Counted from the first letter of the stretch, positions 20,263 to 29,968 are shown. The stretch: DNA of 64,000 bases from Deltaproteobacteria bacterium (GCA_009692615.1 SHYW01000007.1:245-64244); one strand, 5' to 3'. The notes: a model not told the origin generated them from the letters alone. A program made the numbers and translations.

Positions 20263-21063
20263 ATGTCTATCTTAAATCTCCGCAACGTCAACAAAGTCTT
20301 CGGCGAACCTAACAACGGGTCGGCACTGGTTCCCGCCGTCGACAATGTTTCTCTCGACGTCGACGCCGGCGAATTTTTCTCGATCATCGGGCCGTCGGGC
20401 TGCGGCAAGTCGACGCTGCTGCGAATCATCGGCGGCTTGCTTCCCGCCACTTCAGGAGATTTGACCGTCGGCACGGAGAAAGTCACCGGTCCGCATCCTT
20501 GGCTCGGCATGGTGTTTCAAGAAGAGTCGACGTTTCCTTGGCGCACGACGTTGGGCAACGTCGAGTTCGGTCTTGAGATGCGCGGGGTGGCTGTCGAAGA
20601 ACGACGAGCAAAAGCTCGGGCTATGATTGGTCTCGTCGGCTTGTCGGGATTCGAAGAGCGCTATCCGTCAGAGCTGTCCGGCGGCATGAAACAGCGCGTC
20701 GCCATCGCCCGCGCGCTCGTGCTCGAACCGAAGATCCTATTGATGGACGAGCCCTTCGGCGCCCTCGACGAGCAGACGCGCATTATTCTCGGCGAAGAGC
20801 TGATGAAGATTCGCGATCAACTCAAGCAGACGATCATTTTAGTCACGCACAATATCAACGAATCCGTCCAGCTCTCTGACCGGGTCATGATCATGACCGC
20901 ACGGCCGGGGCGCGTGAAAGAAATCGTCGCCATCGACTTGCCCCAGCCGCGCGACTCGTCGATCATCGCGTCGGACCGTTTCGGCAAACTGGTCGGCCAA
21001 GTCTGGGGCGCGCTCCGAGAAGAATCGATCAAGAGTTTTAAACAAACCGAACAAAGACAATAA
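20263..21063 (+). CDS. ABC transporter ATP-binding protein (NitT/TauT family, SsuB/TauB-like)
   Basis: Walker A GPSGCGKST, ABC signature LSGGMKQRVAIARAL, Walker B ILLMDEPFGALD. Confidence 0.85.
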   Translation: MSILNLRNVNKVFGEPNNGSALVPAVDNVSLDVDAGEFFSIIGPSGCGKSTLLRIIGGLLPATSGDLTVGTEKVTGPHPWLGMVFQEESTFPWRTTLGNVEFGLEMRGVAVEERRAKARAMIGLVGLSGFEERYPSELSGGMKQRVAIARALVLEPKILLMDEPFGALDEQTRIILGEELMKIRDQLKQTIILVTHNINESVQLSDRVMIMTARPGRVKEIVAIDLPQPRDSSIIASDRFGKLVGQVWGALREESIKSFKQTEQRQ

Positions 21064-21075
21064 GGAGATTCGTCA

Positions 21076-22062
21076 ATGAAAAAGTATCTTGTGTCGGTCG
21101 TATGGGTCCTATGGGTCGTATCGCCCTTCGCTTCTTCAACCTGGGCTGCGGCCGCGCGCACCAAGATCATCGTCGTCGTCCCCCATCGCATCCTCTTCAC
21201 CGTCGCCCTGCCGGTCTACATCGCTCAAGAGAAGGGTTATTACCGGGAAAATAATATCGACGTCGACGCCGTCTTCACCCGCGGCGGCGGCGAAAACGTC
21301 CAAGCGGTCGTCTCCGGCGACGCGCAAATTGGTCTTGGCACCGGTACCCTGGCGGTGATCAGCGCGTTCATCAAGAAGGCGCCGATCAAGATCGCCGCCG
21401 CCGAGATCACCGGCATGGACGCTTTCTGGTATGTCCAGGCCAACACGCCGATGCGCAAACTCGAAGACCTGGCCGGCAAGAAAGTCGCTTACAGCCGGCC
21501 CGGCGCGTCGAGCCACATGGCGGTCTTAGGTATCGCCGACCAAATCAAAGCGAAGGGTTTAAAACCGGCGGAACCGGTCTCCTTGGGCGGCATCCCGGAA
21601 GTCTATACAGCGCTACGGACCGGCCAGACCGACGCTGGATGGTCGGTGGCTCCGTTTCAATTGGATCGCGTCGAGAAGGGCGAGCTGCGCGTCGTCGTCA
21701 AGGGCGATGAGATCGTCGCCATGCGCGAACAGTCCGCCCGCGTCCATTTCACCAACAACGACTTCGCGGCGAAAAATCCCGACGCGGTGCGCGGTTTCTT
21801 CCGCGCCCAGCAGCGCGCCCTCGACTACATGTTCGCCAATAAAGAAGATACCGCGAAAATCTGGATCCGCCGCGCTGAAATGAAATATCCCGAGTCGGCC
21901 GTGCTCGCCACCTGGGACTACTACAACCGCGCCGCGATGAATCTGAAACCGATCCGCGGCCTACAAACGATCATCGACGACGGCATCAGAAACAAATTCC
22001 TGAACGCGCCGCTGACCCAGGCCGAACTCAACGCCCTAGTCGATCTGAGCTTCCTACCGTAG
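21076..22062 (+). CDS. NMT1/THI5-like periplasmic substrate-binding protein (cognate SBP of the ABC transporter)
   Basis: signal peptide; located between ATPase and permeases. Confidence 0.65.
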   Translation: MKKYLVSVVWVLWVVSPFASSTWAAAARTKIIVVVPHRILFTVALPVYIAQEKGYYRENNIDVDAVFTRGGGENVQAVVSGDAQIGLGTGTLAVISAFIKKAPIKIAAAEITGMDAFWYVQANTPMRKLEDLAGKKVAYSRPGASSHMAVLGIADQIKAKGLKPAEPVSLGGIPEVYTALRTGQTDAGWSVAPFQLDRVEKGELRVVVKGDEIVAMREQSARVHFTNNDFAAKNPDAVRGFFRAQQRALDYMFANKEDTAKIWIRRAEMKYPESAVLATWDYYNRAAMNLKPIRGLQTIIDDGIRNKFLNAPLTQAELNALVDLSFLP

Positions 22063-22091
22063 TAATGGACGGAACAGAATCAAAAGGATTA

Positions 22092-22164
22092 GCCGCAAAG
22101 AACGCAAAAGCGCAAAAAAATATTTTGCGAACTATGCGTTCTTTGCGGCCAACACATCCGAATC
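22092..22164. repeat. palindromic element inside ABC operon: GCCGCAAAGAACGCAAAAGCGCAAAA - aaatatt - TTGCGAACTATGCGTTCTTTGCGGCCAACACATCCGAATC
   Basis: mirrored CGCAAAG/CTTTGCG tandem words; right terminus CCGAATC directly abuts permease ATG at 22165. Confidence 0.7.
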
Positions 22165-22911
22165 ATGTCTGAAAGCACAAGACTTGCCGCCTGGCGATTG
22201 GGCATCATCTTCGGCGCACTGGTGATCGTCGAAGCCTCGGTGCGTTCCGGTTGGATCAGCACGTTTTTTCTCGCTGCGCCGACTCGCGCGGTCATCGTCC
22301 TGTGGCAGCAACTGCTACATGGTCACGCACTGGCGCTAACCGGCATCACGCTGTTCGAGATCGCCGCCTGCCTGACGATCTCGACAATTTTCGGCGTGCT
22401 CGCGGGTTTTCTCCTCTGGCGTCACAAACTCATCGGCACCAGCTACGAAATGCCGCTCGCCGCGTTATTCTCCTCGCCGATCATTCTCGCTTACCCGATC
22501 TTTCTCGTCACCTTCGGCCGCACCAGCGCGGCGGTGATCGCGCTGTCGTCGATCTTCGGCTTGATCCCGATCATCATCAACACCAAAGGCGCCTTTCAAA
22601 ACGTCAACCCGATCCTGCTACAAGTCGGCGCCAGCATGAATCTCACCCGCCGGCAGCTGTTCCGCCACATCTTGCTCCCCGCCGTGGCGCCGACGATCTT
22701 TAGCGGCTTTCGCTTGGCGCTCACCTACATTTTGAAATCGGTGCTCGGTTTAGAATACGTCGCCCAGGTCGGCGGCGTCGGCATGTGGCTATCCGATGCG
22801 TCGTACAAATTCGAAGTCGAAGAAGTCTACGCCGGCCTATTCGGCACCATCGCTTTGTCGATTTTGTTTCTTTATCTGATCAACCGAGGCGAAAATTGGT
22901 TTCGTAAATAG
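22165..22911 (+). CDS. ABC transporter permease (binding-protein-dependent inner membrane component)
   Basis: 248 aa, ~6 TM segments, EAA-like loop region. Confidence 0.8.
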   Translation: MSESTRLAAWRLGIIFGALVIVEASVRSGWISTFFLAAPTRAVIVLWQQLLHGHALALTGITLFEIAACLTISTIFGVLAGFLLWRHKLIGTSYEMPLAALFSSPIILAYPIFLVTFGRTSAAVIALSSIFGLIPIIINTKGAFQNVNPILLQVGASMNLTRRQLFRHILLPAVAPTIFSGFRLALTYILKSVLGLEYVAQVGGVGMWLSDASYKFEVEEVYAGLFGTIALSILFLYLINRGENWFRK

Positions 22912-22913
22912 TC

Positions 22914-23729
22914 ATGGCAACCGCGCAATCCAATCGCTCACCTCTCGCCACGACATTCCACACGCCGTTGGCCGTGCAAATTCTCACGCTCCTCGGCGTC
23001 ATCGCCGTCTGGGAAGTCATCGGCCGTACCGACTTGCTGTTTCCCGATCTTTTTCCTTCGATCATAGAAATTCTCCAATCGCTGTGGACCTACGTCACCA
23101 CACCGGTGATGATCCCGCATATCAAAGCCAGCCTCTACGAAGTCGGCGGCGCCATCGCCATCGCCGCGCTCGCCGGCGTGCCACTGGGAATTTTGTGGGG
23201 CAGCAAACACAGTTGGCTGGAAATCGTCGAGCCACTGATTCTCTACGCCGCGGTGGTGCCCAAGATCGTCATCTTTCCGGTATTCATTTTGTTTCTCGGC
23301 ATCGACGTGTATTCAAAACTCGCCGTCGGCGCCATCGCCGCGTTCTTTCCAATCTCGCTTTTGACCATCGCCGGCATGCGCGAGGTAAAAAAAGTCTACG
23401 TCGACGTCGCCCGCACCATCGGCGCCAGCCCGTGGCAGATAGCTAAAAATGTTTATCTCCCAGCCATCGCTGGCCAAGTCTTCACCGGCATCCGAATCGG
23501 CCTCGGCGCCGCCGTCACCGGCGCGCTGTTGGCGGAAACCAAAATCGCCAAAGCCGGCTTGGGCTTCATGATCGTCGAGTACTACGGCCAGTTCCGCATC
23601 GCCGACATGTACGCGCTGCTGCTGTTCATCTTCATCCTCGCATCGCTCGCCAATTGGGCGATGAAATCACTTTTCGGCTGGCTCTCGCCAATCTCCCGCC
23701 GCGGCGGCGACGCCGGAATGTACTTTTAG
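22914..23729 (+). CDS. ABC transporter permease (second membrane component)
   Basis: 271 aa polytopic membrane protein; start 3 nt after upstream stop. Confidence 0.8.
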   Translation: MATAQSNRSPLATTFHTPLAVQILTLLGVIAVWEVIGRTDLLFPDLFPSIIEILQSLWTYVTTPVMIPHIKASLYEVGGAIAIAALAGVPLGILWGSKHSWLEIVEPLILYAAVVPKIVIFPVFILFLGIDVYSKLAVGAIAAFFPISLLTIAGMREVKKVYVDVARTIGASPWQIAKNVYLPAIAGQVFTGIRIGLGAAVTGALLAETKIAKAGLGFMIVEYYGQFRIADMYALLLFIFILASLANWAMKSLFGWLSPISRRGGDAGMYF

Positions 23730-23788
23730 CCTTGCGCTCGCAACACCCCAAGTGAAAATCATCGTCACCGCCAAACGCACCAAGCCGT

Positions 23789-23830
23789 AGGGGCAAGGCA
23801 TGCCTTGCCCTTCCGAACCCTTCGTGGTGT
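23789..23830. repeat. hairpin module GGGGCAAGGCATGCCTTGCCC followed by TTCCGAACCCTTCGTGGTG arm remnant
   Basis: same GGGCAAGGCAYGCCTTGCCC hairpin occurs at 26843; CTTCGTGGTG is terminal word of CACGAAGG-family elements. Confidence 0.6.
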
Positions 23831-23866
23831 AAGATTCATTGCGCAGAAAAGTGAAACGCGACTGTC

Positions 23867-24058
23867 ATGCGAAAATTACTCATCTGGCTGCGGAAAGTTT
23901 TAGGCACCACCCAACTGGCCCGGCTGTTCTACCGCCACTTGCCGTCGGCCAAACGCTGCAAAGAATGCATGGTGCCGTTCCTCGGTCTGTTCGCGCTGCC
24001 GTTTCGCTTGCTGCAGATCCGCCCGTCGCGCAAAAATCCTCATCTGTGCACGCTTTGA
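23867..24058 (+). other. small ORF (63 aa) with CxxC and hydrophobic segment, in the same frame as downstream cyclase domain and separated from it by a single TGA
   Basis: RCKEC...PHLCTL-TGA-YELAPPGGETKNIS-VLFVDVRGF; frame (mod 3 = 2) identical to 24101 ORF. Confidence 0.3.
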
Positions 24059-24100
24059 TACGAGCTCGCTCCTCCGGGCGGGGAGACTAAAAACATCTCG

Positions 24101-24631
24101 GTGCTGTTCGTCGACGTGCGCGGCTTCACTTCACTCGTGGAACAAATGAATCCCGCCGATGTCGCTATTCGGTTGAACCGCTTTTATGACATCGCCACCC
24201 AGGCGATCTTTCGCCACGACGGCACGCTCGACAAATTGGTCGGCGATGAAGTGATGGCCTTTTTCGGCGCGCCGTTGAACTGGCAGGATCATCCCCAGCG
24301 CGCCGTACAAACCGCATTGGATATCATGCGCGAAGTCGCGGCGATGGCCGAGAAAGACCGGCTCCAAATCGGTATCGGTATCAACAGCGGCGAAGCTTTC
24401 GTCGGCAACGTCGGCGCCGAGGGCTTCACCGACTACACCGTGCTCGGCGACACCGTCAACGTCGCGGCGCGCTTGCAAGGCGCCGCCGCGCCCGGAGAGA
24501 TTTTGCTATCCGAGGAAACTTACCGTCCCAGCGCCGATAAATTTCCCGCTGCGCGTCGGCGTGAACTCGATCTCAAAGGCAAAAGCGATAGGGTGATCGC
24601 CTGGGAAATCGTCGGTCGATCCAATGATTGA
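24101..24631 (+). CDS. class III adenylate/guanylate cyclase catalytic domain protein (stand-alone, or C-terminal part of an interrupted gene)
   Basis: VLFVDVRGFT...KLVGDEVMAFFG...GINSGEAFVGNVG...YTVLGDTVNVAARLQ class III cyclase motifs; GTG start with distant GGGGAG. Confidence 0.7.
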   Translation: MLFVDVRGFTSLVEQMNPADVAIRLNRFYDIATQAIFRHDGTLDKLVGDEVMAFFGAPLNWQDHPQRAVQTALDIMREVAAMAEKDRLQIGIGINSGEAFVGNVGAEGFTDYTVLGDTVNVAARLQGAAAPGEILLSEETYRPSADKFPAARRRELDLKGKSDRVIAWEIVGRSND

Positions 24632-24687
24632 CAGCCACGCATCGCCTCAACTAGAGTTGAGCGATCAAAACGAAATCGGAGTAGACC

Positions 24688-25788
24688 ATGGCCAACACTA
24701 AGAAAAACATGATCGTCGACGCCGATGCCCACGTCGTCGAATGCGCCCGCACTTGGGACTTCATGGACAAGTCGGAGCAGCAGTATCGACCCCAAGCGCT
24801 GGAGGCGCGCGAAGAAGCCGGCGTGCGCCAGCAGTTTTGGCTCATCGACGGCAAAGTGCGCGGCTTTCGTTTCGCGGCTTTTTCCGAGGAAGAATTGGCC
24901 AAGCGCCAGCAACAAGTAGGCCGCAAATTCTCCGAGCCCCAAGCCTCCCGCGAACTCGGCAACGTCGATCTGCGCTTGGAATATATGGACGCCACCGGCG
25001 TCGACGTGCAGGTGCTGCACAATACGATTTTCATCGAGTCCTGCGCCGACCGTCCCGCCGCCGATGTCGCGCTGTGCAAAAGCTGGAACCGCTGGCTCGC
25101 CGACATTTGGAAACAAAGTAACGATCGCTTGCGCTGGTCGTGTATGCCGCCGCTGCTGAGCATGAGCGACGCTTTGGATCAAATCCGCTGGTCCAAAGAG
25201 AATGGCGCCGTCGCCGTCTGCTTGCGTCCGGTGGAAGGCAATCGTCTGCTCGCCGATCCCTATTTTTATCCGCTCTATGACGAAGCGCAGAAACTCGATA
25301 TGGCGATCGCCATTCACATCGCCAACGGCAGCCCGTGGTTAAACGATCTCTACAATCATCCGACCCGCATCGCCGCCACTTTGCACCGTTTCCGCGTACC
25401 CACCGTGGCCTCGTTCAACGACATTCTGCTGAGTGAAATCCATGAGCAGTTTCCCAAGCTGCGCTTCGGCTTCATCGAAGCCAGCGCCCAGTGGGTGCCG
25501 TGGGTAATGCACGAAGCCAAGAACCGTTTCAAAACCATGGGCCGCAAAATGCCTGACAACTTGCTCAAAGAGTACGGCATGTTCGTCACCTGCGAAAACT
25601 CCGATGACATCCCTTACATCGTGCGCGAAGCGGGGGAGGACAGTCTGGTCATCGGCACCGACTACGGTCACACCGATATCTCCAGCGATGTTGACGCGAT
25701 TAAAATTTTTCGCCAGCGCGACGACCTGACGGCGGAGGTCAAGCAGAAAATTTTGAGCGACAACTCCCGCGCGCTTTACGCTTTGTGA
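24688..25788 (+). CDS. amidohydrolase-2 family metal-dependent hydrolase
   Basis: MIVDADAHVVE N-terminus; 366 aa; paralog of 1511 ORF. Confidence 0.75.
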   Translation: MANTKKNMIVDADAHVVECARTWDFMDKSEQQYRPQALEAREEAGVRQQFWLIDGKVRGFRFAAFSEEELAKRQQQVGRKFSEPQASRELGNVDLRLEYMDATGVDVQVLHNTIFIESCADRPAADVALCKSWNRWLADIWKQSNDRLRWSCMPPLLSMSDALDQIRWSKENGAVAVCLRPVEGNRLLADPYFYPLYDEAQKLDMAIAIHIANGSPWLNDLYNHPTRIAATLHRFRVPTVASFNDILLSEIHEQFPKLRFGFIEASAQWVPWVMHEAKNRFKTMGRKMPDNLLKEYGMFVTCENSDDIPYIVREAGEDSLVIGTDYGHTDISSDVDAIKIFRQRDDLTAEVKQKILSDNSRALYAL

Positions 25789-25801
25789 TCACGATCCGAC
25801 G

Positions 25802-26788
25802 GTGAAATTGAAAACGATGCGCCACATCGTTTTTTGCCTGTTACTCCTGATCTGCTTCGCTGCGCCGGACAATTGCACCGCACAACCGGCAGCTAAGAAA
25901 GTCCGCCTCGGCATCCAGTCAAGCAACATCGGCTTTCTGCCCTTTCACCTCGCCTATCATAAGGGCTTTTTCCGTGAGCAGGGCATCGATCTCGAAACCA
26001 TTTTCATGGCGACCCAGGCGGTCAACGCGGCGTTCGTGCGCGGCGACATCGATTACAGCGCCGCTATTAACGGCGTGATTCAGGGCGTCCTGCGCGGCAA
26101 CCCGGCGAAGATTCTCGCCTGCGCCATCGATCGGCCGTTGATCTCGCTGATCGCCCGCAAAGACATCCGCGGCCCGCAAGATCTCAAGGGTAAAAAAATC
26201 GGCGGCAGCACACCCGGCGGCACCGCGAGCTTGATGGCCGACACGGCGCTCAAGCATCTCGGCTTTCAAGCCGGACGCGACGTGACCGTCGTGCCGCTGC
26301 GCGACAACCGCCTCGCCGCGCTGGAATCCGGCGTCGTCGACGCCGCCTTGCTCGGCGTGCCGGACAATATTATCGCCGTCGACCGCGGTTATAACGAGCT
26401 GTTGTTCGTCGGCGACATCGTTAATTTTCCCCAGAACGCCATCGGCGCTTCGGCCAAGAAGATTCAAGAAAACCCCGACGAAGTTTACGCCATGGTGCGG
26501 GGCGCCCTGCGCGCGCTGATTTTCGTGTTGGAACCGCGTAACCGCGACGAAGTGATCAACATTATCGTCAAGCAATGGAAGCTCGCCGACAAACGCGTCG
26601 CCACGGAAATGCTGCGCCAATTCAATCGCGGCATGGCCCGCGACCTGATGGCCAAACCCGAAGGCATGCAGCTGATGATCGACTTAGTCAGAGAAGATTC
26701 CAAAGTCAGCCAACCGTTTACGATTCCCCAAGTCGTCGATTACAGTTTTCTCGAAAAAGCCCGCCGCGATCTGGGCGCGAGCCGGTGA
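25802..26788 (+). CDS. NMT1/THI5-like periplasmic substrate-binding protein
   Basis: signal peptide MKLKTMRHIVFCLLLLICFAAPDNCTAQ; NMT1-like length and motifs. Confidence 0.65.
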   Translation: MKLKTMRHIVFCLLLLICFAAPDNCTAQPAAKKVRLGIQSSNIGFLPFHLAYHKGFFREQGIDLETIFMATQAVNAAFVRGDIDYSAAINGVIQGVLRGNPAKILACAIDRPLISLIARKDIRGPQDLKGKKIGGSTPGGTASLMADTALKHLGFQAGRDVTVVPLRDNRLAALESGVVDAALLGVPDNIIAVDRGYNELLFVGDIVNFPQNAIGASAKKIQENPDEVYAMVRGALRALIFVLEPRNRDEVINIIVKQWKLADKRVATEMLRQFNRGMARDLMAKPEGMQLMIDLVREDSKVSQPFTIPQVVDYSFLEKARRDLGASR

Positions 26789-26810
26789 CGCGGTCAAAGA
26801 GAAATCCCAA

Positions 26811-26968
26811 TTCACCGCGAAGTCACGAAGGGCACGGCAAAAAGGGCAAGGCACGCCTTGCCCCTACAAGTCCTAAATCCTTTTTGCGTTCTTTGCGTTC
26901 TTTGCGGTTAATACTCCGATGCCCGTTCTTCTCCTCTGTGATCTCTGTGGCCTCTGTGGGGAAATCTC
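26811..26968. repeat. large composite element: CACGAAGG arm + GGGCAAGGCACGCCTTGCCC hairpin + TTTGCGTTC x3 module + CCGATG + CTCTGTG x3 module
   Basis: juxtaposes three word-families (CACGAAGG, TTTGCGTTC, CTCTGTG) found separately elsewhere; mosaic organisation. Confidence 0.7.
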
Positions 26969-27030
26969 GTCGCAGCTTTGCCGCTCCTAGCGGATTATGT
27001 TACAGCCATAACCACTGACAGGAGCGAGCC

Positions 27031-28044
27031 GTGCACTTTTATATCAATATTCTCACGACCTATTTCCCCGACATAGATCCGCCCTACGATGTTTACTACC
27101 AACAGATTCTCGAACAGATCGAACTCGCCGAAGAGCTCGGCTGGGAATGTTTCATGTTCAACGAACATCACTTTCTCGGCTACGGCGGCCTGGTGGCTAA
27201 TCCCGCGGTGCTTTTGGCGACCGCGGCGGCGCGCACGAAAACAATTCGTTTAGGCCCATGCATCGCGATCCTGCCGCTGCGCCATCCGCTCAATACCGCC
27301 GAAGACTACGCCATGGTCGATGCGATTTCCGGCGGCCGCTTGGATTTCGGCGTCGGCTCGGGGAATACTGAAATGGATTACCGTGTCTTTGGCGTCAGCC
27401 GCGACAACGACCGCGAGCGCGCGGCGGAAGCGCTGGAAGTGATTTTAAAAGTTTGGTCCAACCAACGCGCCAGTCATCAAGGCAAGTTTTGGCAATTCGA
27501 AGAACTGTCGCTCTTTCCGCGTCCCGTGCAACAACCCCACCCACCGATCTGGGTCGCCGGCACTTCGGCGGCGGGTTTAGGTTGGGCCGGTCATCAGGGT
27601 TATCACATCATGACCGTCGGCCATCCCCATCCGCCGGAAAGAGTCGCTCCGGGAGTCGCAGCGTGGAAACAAGGACTGATCGAAGCCGGCATCGATCCCA
27701 AAGAACGCCATTGCCAGTTTCACGTGCGCACCCATGTCAACGAAAGCGCGGCGCGCGCCAGGGAGATCGGCATGGCAGCGGTCGCCCGCTATGACGAAAT
27801 CTCGCGCATCGGCCGCCGTTCATTGACCGCCGCGCCGGCGCAATACGATTGGGAAATGATGCTGGCGACTGGAAGAAATAACTACGGCACACCGGAGCAA
27901 GTCATTGAGGGCGTACATAACGCCGCCAAGCACTACTATTTCGATACGCTGACAACGACTTTCAATTACGGCGGCATCCCGCATAGCGAGATTTTAAAAT
28001 CCATGTGCCTGTTCGCAAAAGAAGTGATGCCGGCGCTGCGTTAA
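27031..28044 (+). CDS. LLM-class flavin-dependent oxidoreductase
   Basis: GTG start after GGAGCGAG; HHFLGYGG, PPIWVAG motifs; 337 aa. Confidence 0.75.
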   Translation: MHFYINILTTYFPDIDPPYDVYYQQILEQIELAEELGWECFMFNEHHFLGYGGLVANPAVLLATAAARTKTIRLGPCIAILPLRHPLNTAEDYAMVDAISGGRLDFGVGSGNTEMDYRVFGVSRDNDRERAAEALEVILKVWSNQRASHQGKFWQFEELSLFPRPVQQPHPPIWVAGTSAAGLGWAGHQGYHIMTVGHPHPPERVAPGVAAWKQGLIEAGIDPKERHCQFHVRTHVNESAARAREIGMAAVARYDEISRIGRRSLTAAPAQYDWEMMLATGRNNYGTPEQVIEGVHNAAKHYYFDTLTTTFNYGGIPHSEILKSMCLFAKEVMPALR

Positions 28045-28064
28045 AGGCGAGCGCAACGCGAGAA

Positions 28065-28526
28065 TTATTTTTCCAGGTTCGCAGCTTCGCTAGGCGCGAC
28101 GACTTCGAGTTTCACCTGGGCCATGCCGGAACCAAAAAAGCCTAGCTCCCGCGCCGCTTTCGGCGTGACATCGATGACGCGGCTTTTTTGCACTGGACCG
28201 CGGTCGTTGACGCGCACGATCACGCTGCGTTGGTTGCGTAGATTGATCACCCGCACCAAGGTGCCGAAGGGCAGCGTGCGGTGCGCCGCGGTGAGCGCAT
28301 TTTGATTGAAAGTTTCGCCGTTGGCCGTGCGCCGGCCGTGAAAGGCCGAATGATAGTAGCTCGCCAAACCAGCGGCCGCCGGCTTCACGGGCGCAAGCGG
28401 CACACTCGGCTCGTCGACCGGCGGTAGCGTCGGTTCCTCGTCGCTCACTTCTTGCGCATGAACGACTTGAGAAACTACCAGTGTCACAGTCAGCAGTAAG
28501 AAAATGACCCTTTGGATGAACCCCAT
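28065..28526 (-). CDS. RlpA-like double-psi beta-barrel lipoprotein/secreted protein
   Basis: signal peptide; ASYYHSAFHGRRTANGETFNQNALTAAHRTLPFGTLVRVINLRNQRSVIVRVNDRGP DPBB signature. Confidence 0.7.
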   Translation of the reverse strand: MGFIQRVIFLLLTVTLVVSQVVHAQEVSDEEPTLPPVDEPSVPLAPVKPAAAGLASYYHSAFHGRRTANGETFNQNALTAAHRTLPFGTLVRVINLRNQRSVIVRVNDRGPVQKSRVIDVTPKAARELGFFGSGMAQVKLEVVAPSEAANLEK

Positions 28527-28692
28527 TGGGCCATTCTAGTCCATCGCTAAAGCGCTCGGCTAGAGCTACAGCGTAAAAAATCGCTCAACGAACGGATTTT
28601 CGCGAGCATGCTTGACGCGGCGAATACATGGGCTATGCTGCGCGGCAATACGCTAAGAATCGCCTAAAGAAATTAACCCGATAGGAGTAACC

Positions 28693-29754
28693 ATGAACGT
28701 TCGCATCTATTCGCCGCGCAGGCGCGCAGTCCTTACCACCGCCGCGCTGATTCTAGCTCTAGTCAGCGTCATTATTTCAACCGCCAGCGCCCGCGCCGCC
28801 AGCGCGCTGGCCAAGAGCGAATCGCTCGCCGAGATTTATGAAAGAGCCAAGAAGGAAGGCCAGCTGACGATCTACGCGGCGCTGTCGGCCAATTCCATCG
28901 ACGTCATTTTCGCCGCCTTCAGAAAAAGATTTCCCGGCGTCACCATCGACCACATCGATCTCACCGGCGACAAACTGATCGCGCGCATCGTCACCGAAGC
29001 GCGCGGCGGCCGCGTGCTCGCCGACGTGTTCGGCTCGGCGTTGCCTTACACCATGCAGATCACGGAGCAGAAAATGCTCGAGCCTTTGGCGATCCCCGAG
29101 ATGGCCGCCTATCCGGCGTCGTTGAAGAGCGATTTCTGGTTCGCCACCGACACGCAATTTTTTATCACCGGCTGGAATACCAATTTAGTCAAGAAAGGCG
29201 ACGAGCCGAAGAATTTCGAAGACCTCGCCAATCCCAAGTGGAAAGATAAACTGATGGGCGAGTCGCGCGACTTCCAGCTGCTCGTCGGCCTCGCCAAGGG
29301 CAAATATAAAAATGACGACAAGGCGCTCGACTTGATCAAGCGCATCGCTTTGAACCAACCGGAGTTCCATCGCGGCCATTCGCAGTTGGCGGAATTTTTA
29401 GTCGCCGGCCAGAGCGCGGTGTGCTTCACCTGCTACGCGCACCACTTTCCGCCGCGGGTGAAAAAAGGCGCGCCCGTGCAAGCGTTGCTGAGCGAAGGCG
29501 TCGGTGAGATCGGCGGCAGCGTCGGCATCTTGAAAGGCGCGCCCCATCCTGCGGCGGCGCTGCTTTGGGCCCGCTGGGTGGCCAGCGAAGAAGGTCAGCG
29601 CGTCTATGCGCAAGCCGGCGAGACGCCCGCCCATCCCAAGGTCGAACCGGTCGAAAAAATACGCCCGGCGAGCGCCTACATGCTTTCCCAAGACGACGTC
29701 AAAGAATTTCCCAGGTACGAAAAACTTTGGAAAGAAGTATTTCAAATCCGCTAG
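28693..29754 (+). CDS. ABC-type periplasmic substrate-binding protein, family 1 (Fe3+-like), possible Tat signal
   Basis: SPRRRAVLTTAALILAL N-terminus (twin-arginine-like); homologous to 290 and 62786 ORFs. Confidence 0.65.
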   Translation: MNVRIYSPRRRAVLTTAALILALVSVIISTASARAASALAKSESLAEIYERAKKEGQLTIYAALSANSIDVIFAAFRKRFPGVTIDHIDLTGDKLIARIVTEARGGRVLADVFGSALPYTMQITEQKMLEPLAIPEMAAYPASLKSDFWFATDTQFFITGWNTNLVKKGDEPKNFEDLANPKWKDKLMGESRDFQLLVGLAKGKYKNDDKALDLIKRIALNQPEFHRGHSQLAEFLVAGQSAVCFTCYAHHFPPRVKKGAPVQALLSEGVGEIGGSVGILKGAPHPAAALLWARWVASEEGQRVYAQAGETPAHPKVEPVEKIRPASAYMLSQDDVKEFPRYEKLWKEVFQIR

Positions 29755-29939
29755 TCCACTCTGCGGCAGCGCCGGTTGCTACATCGGCAATGCGGCGCTG
29801 CCCATGAAATTTTTCCTTCGGTATCTTTTTCCACTCCGCCACCAGCGTGAGCGCGTCGGGTAAATTACGGCTCGACGCGTTAGTGATAGTATTGGCGGCT
29901 CTCTGACAGCCGCAGGAAATAAACGAAACCCGATTTGCG

Positions 29940-29968
29940 TTGACGGCGATGCACCGATCACTTAGAAT
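29940..29968 (+). promoter_or_regulatory. sigma70-like promoter upstream of GGDEF-like gene
   Basis: TTGACG - 17 nt - TAGAAT, ~35 nt upstream of 30004 ATG. Confidence 0.45.

Noticed and set aside
24059-24100. Bacterial SECIS element downstream of the in-frame TGA
   Set aside because: Only a 6-bp GC stem with 5-nt loop could be drawn 9 nt after UGA; lacks the length and apical-loop features of fdhF-type SECIS; kept only as a low-probability alternative in the finding
24101-24631. Cyclase as a Pycsar/CBASS-like anti-phage cyclase
   Set aside because: No adjacent TIR/TM/effector gene; neighbours are ABC permease and amidohydrolase; more parsimoniously a signalling cyclase
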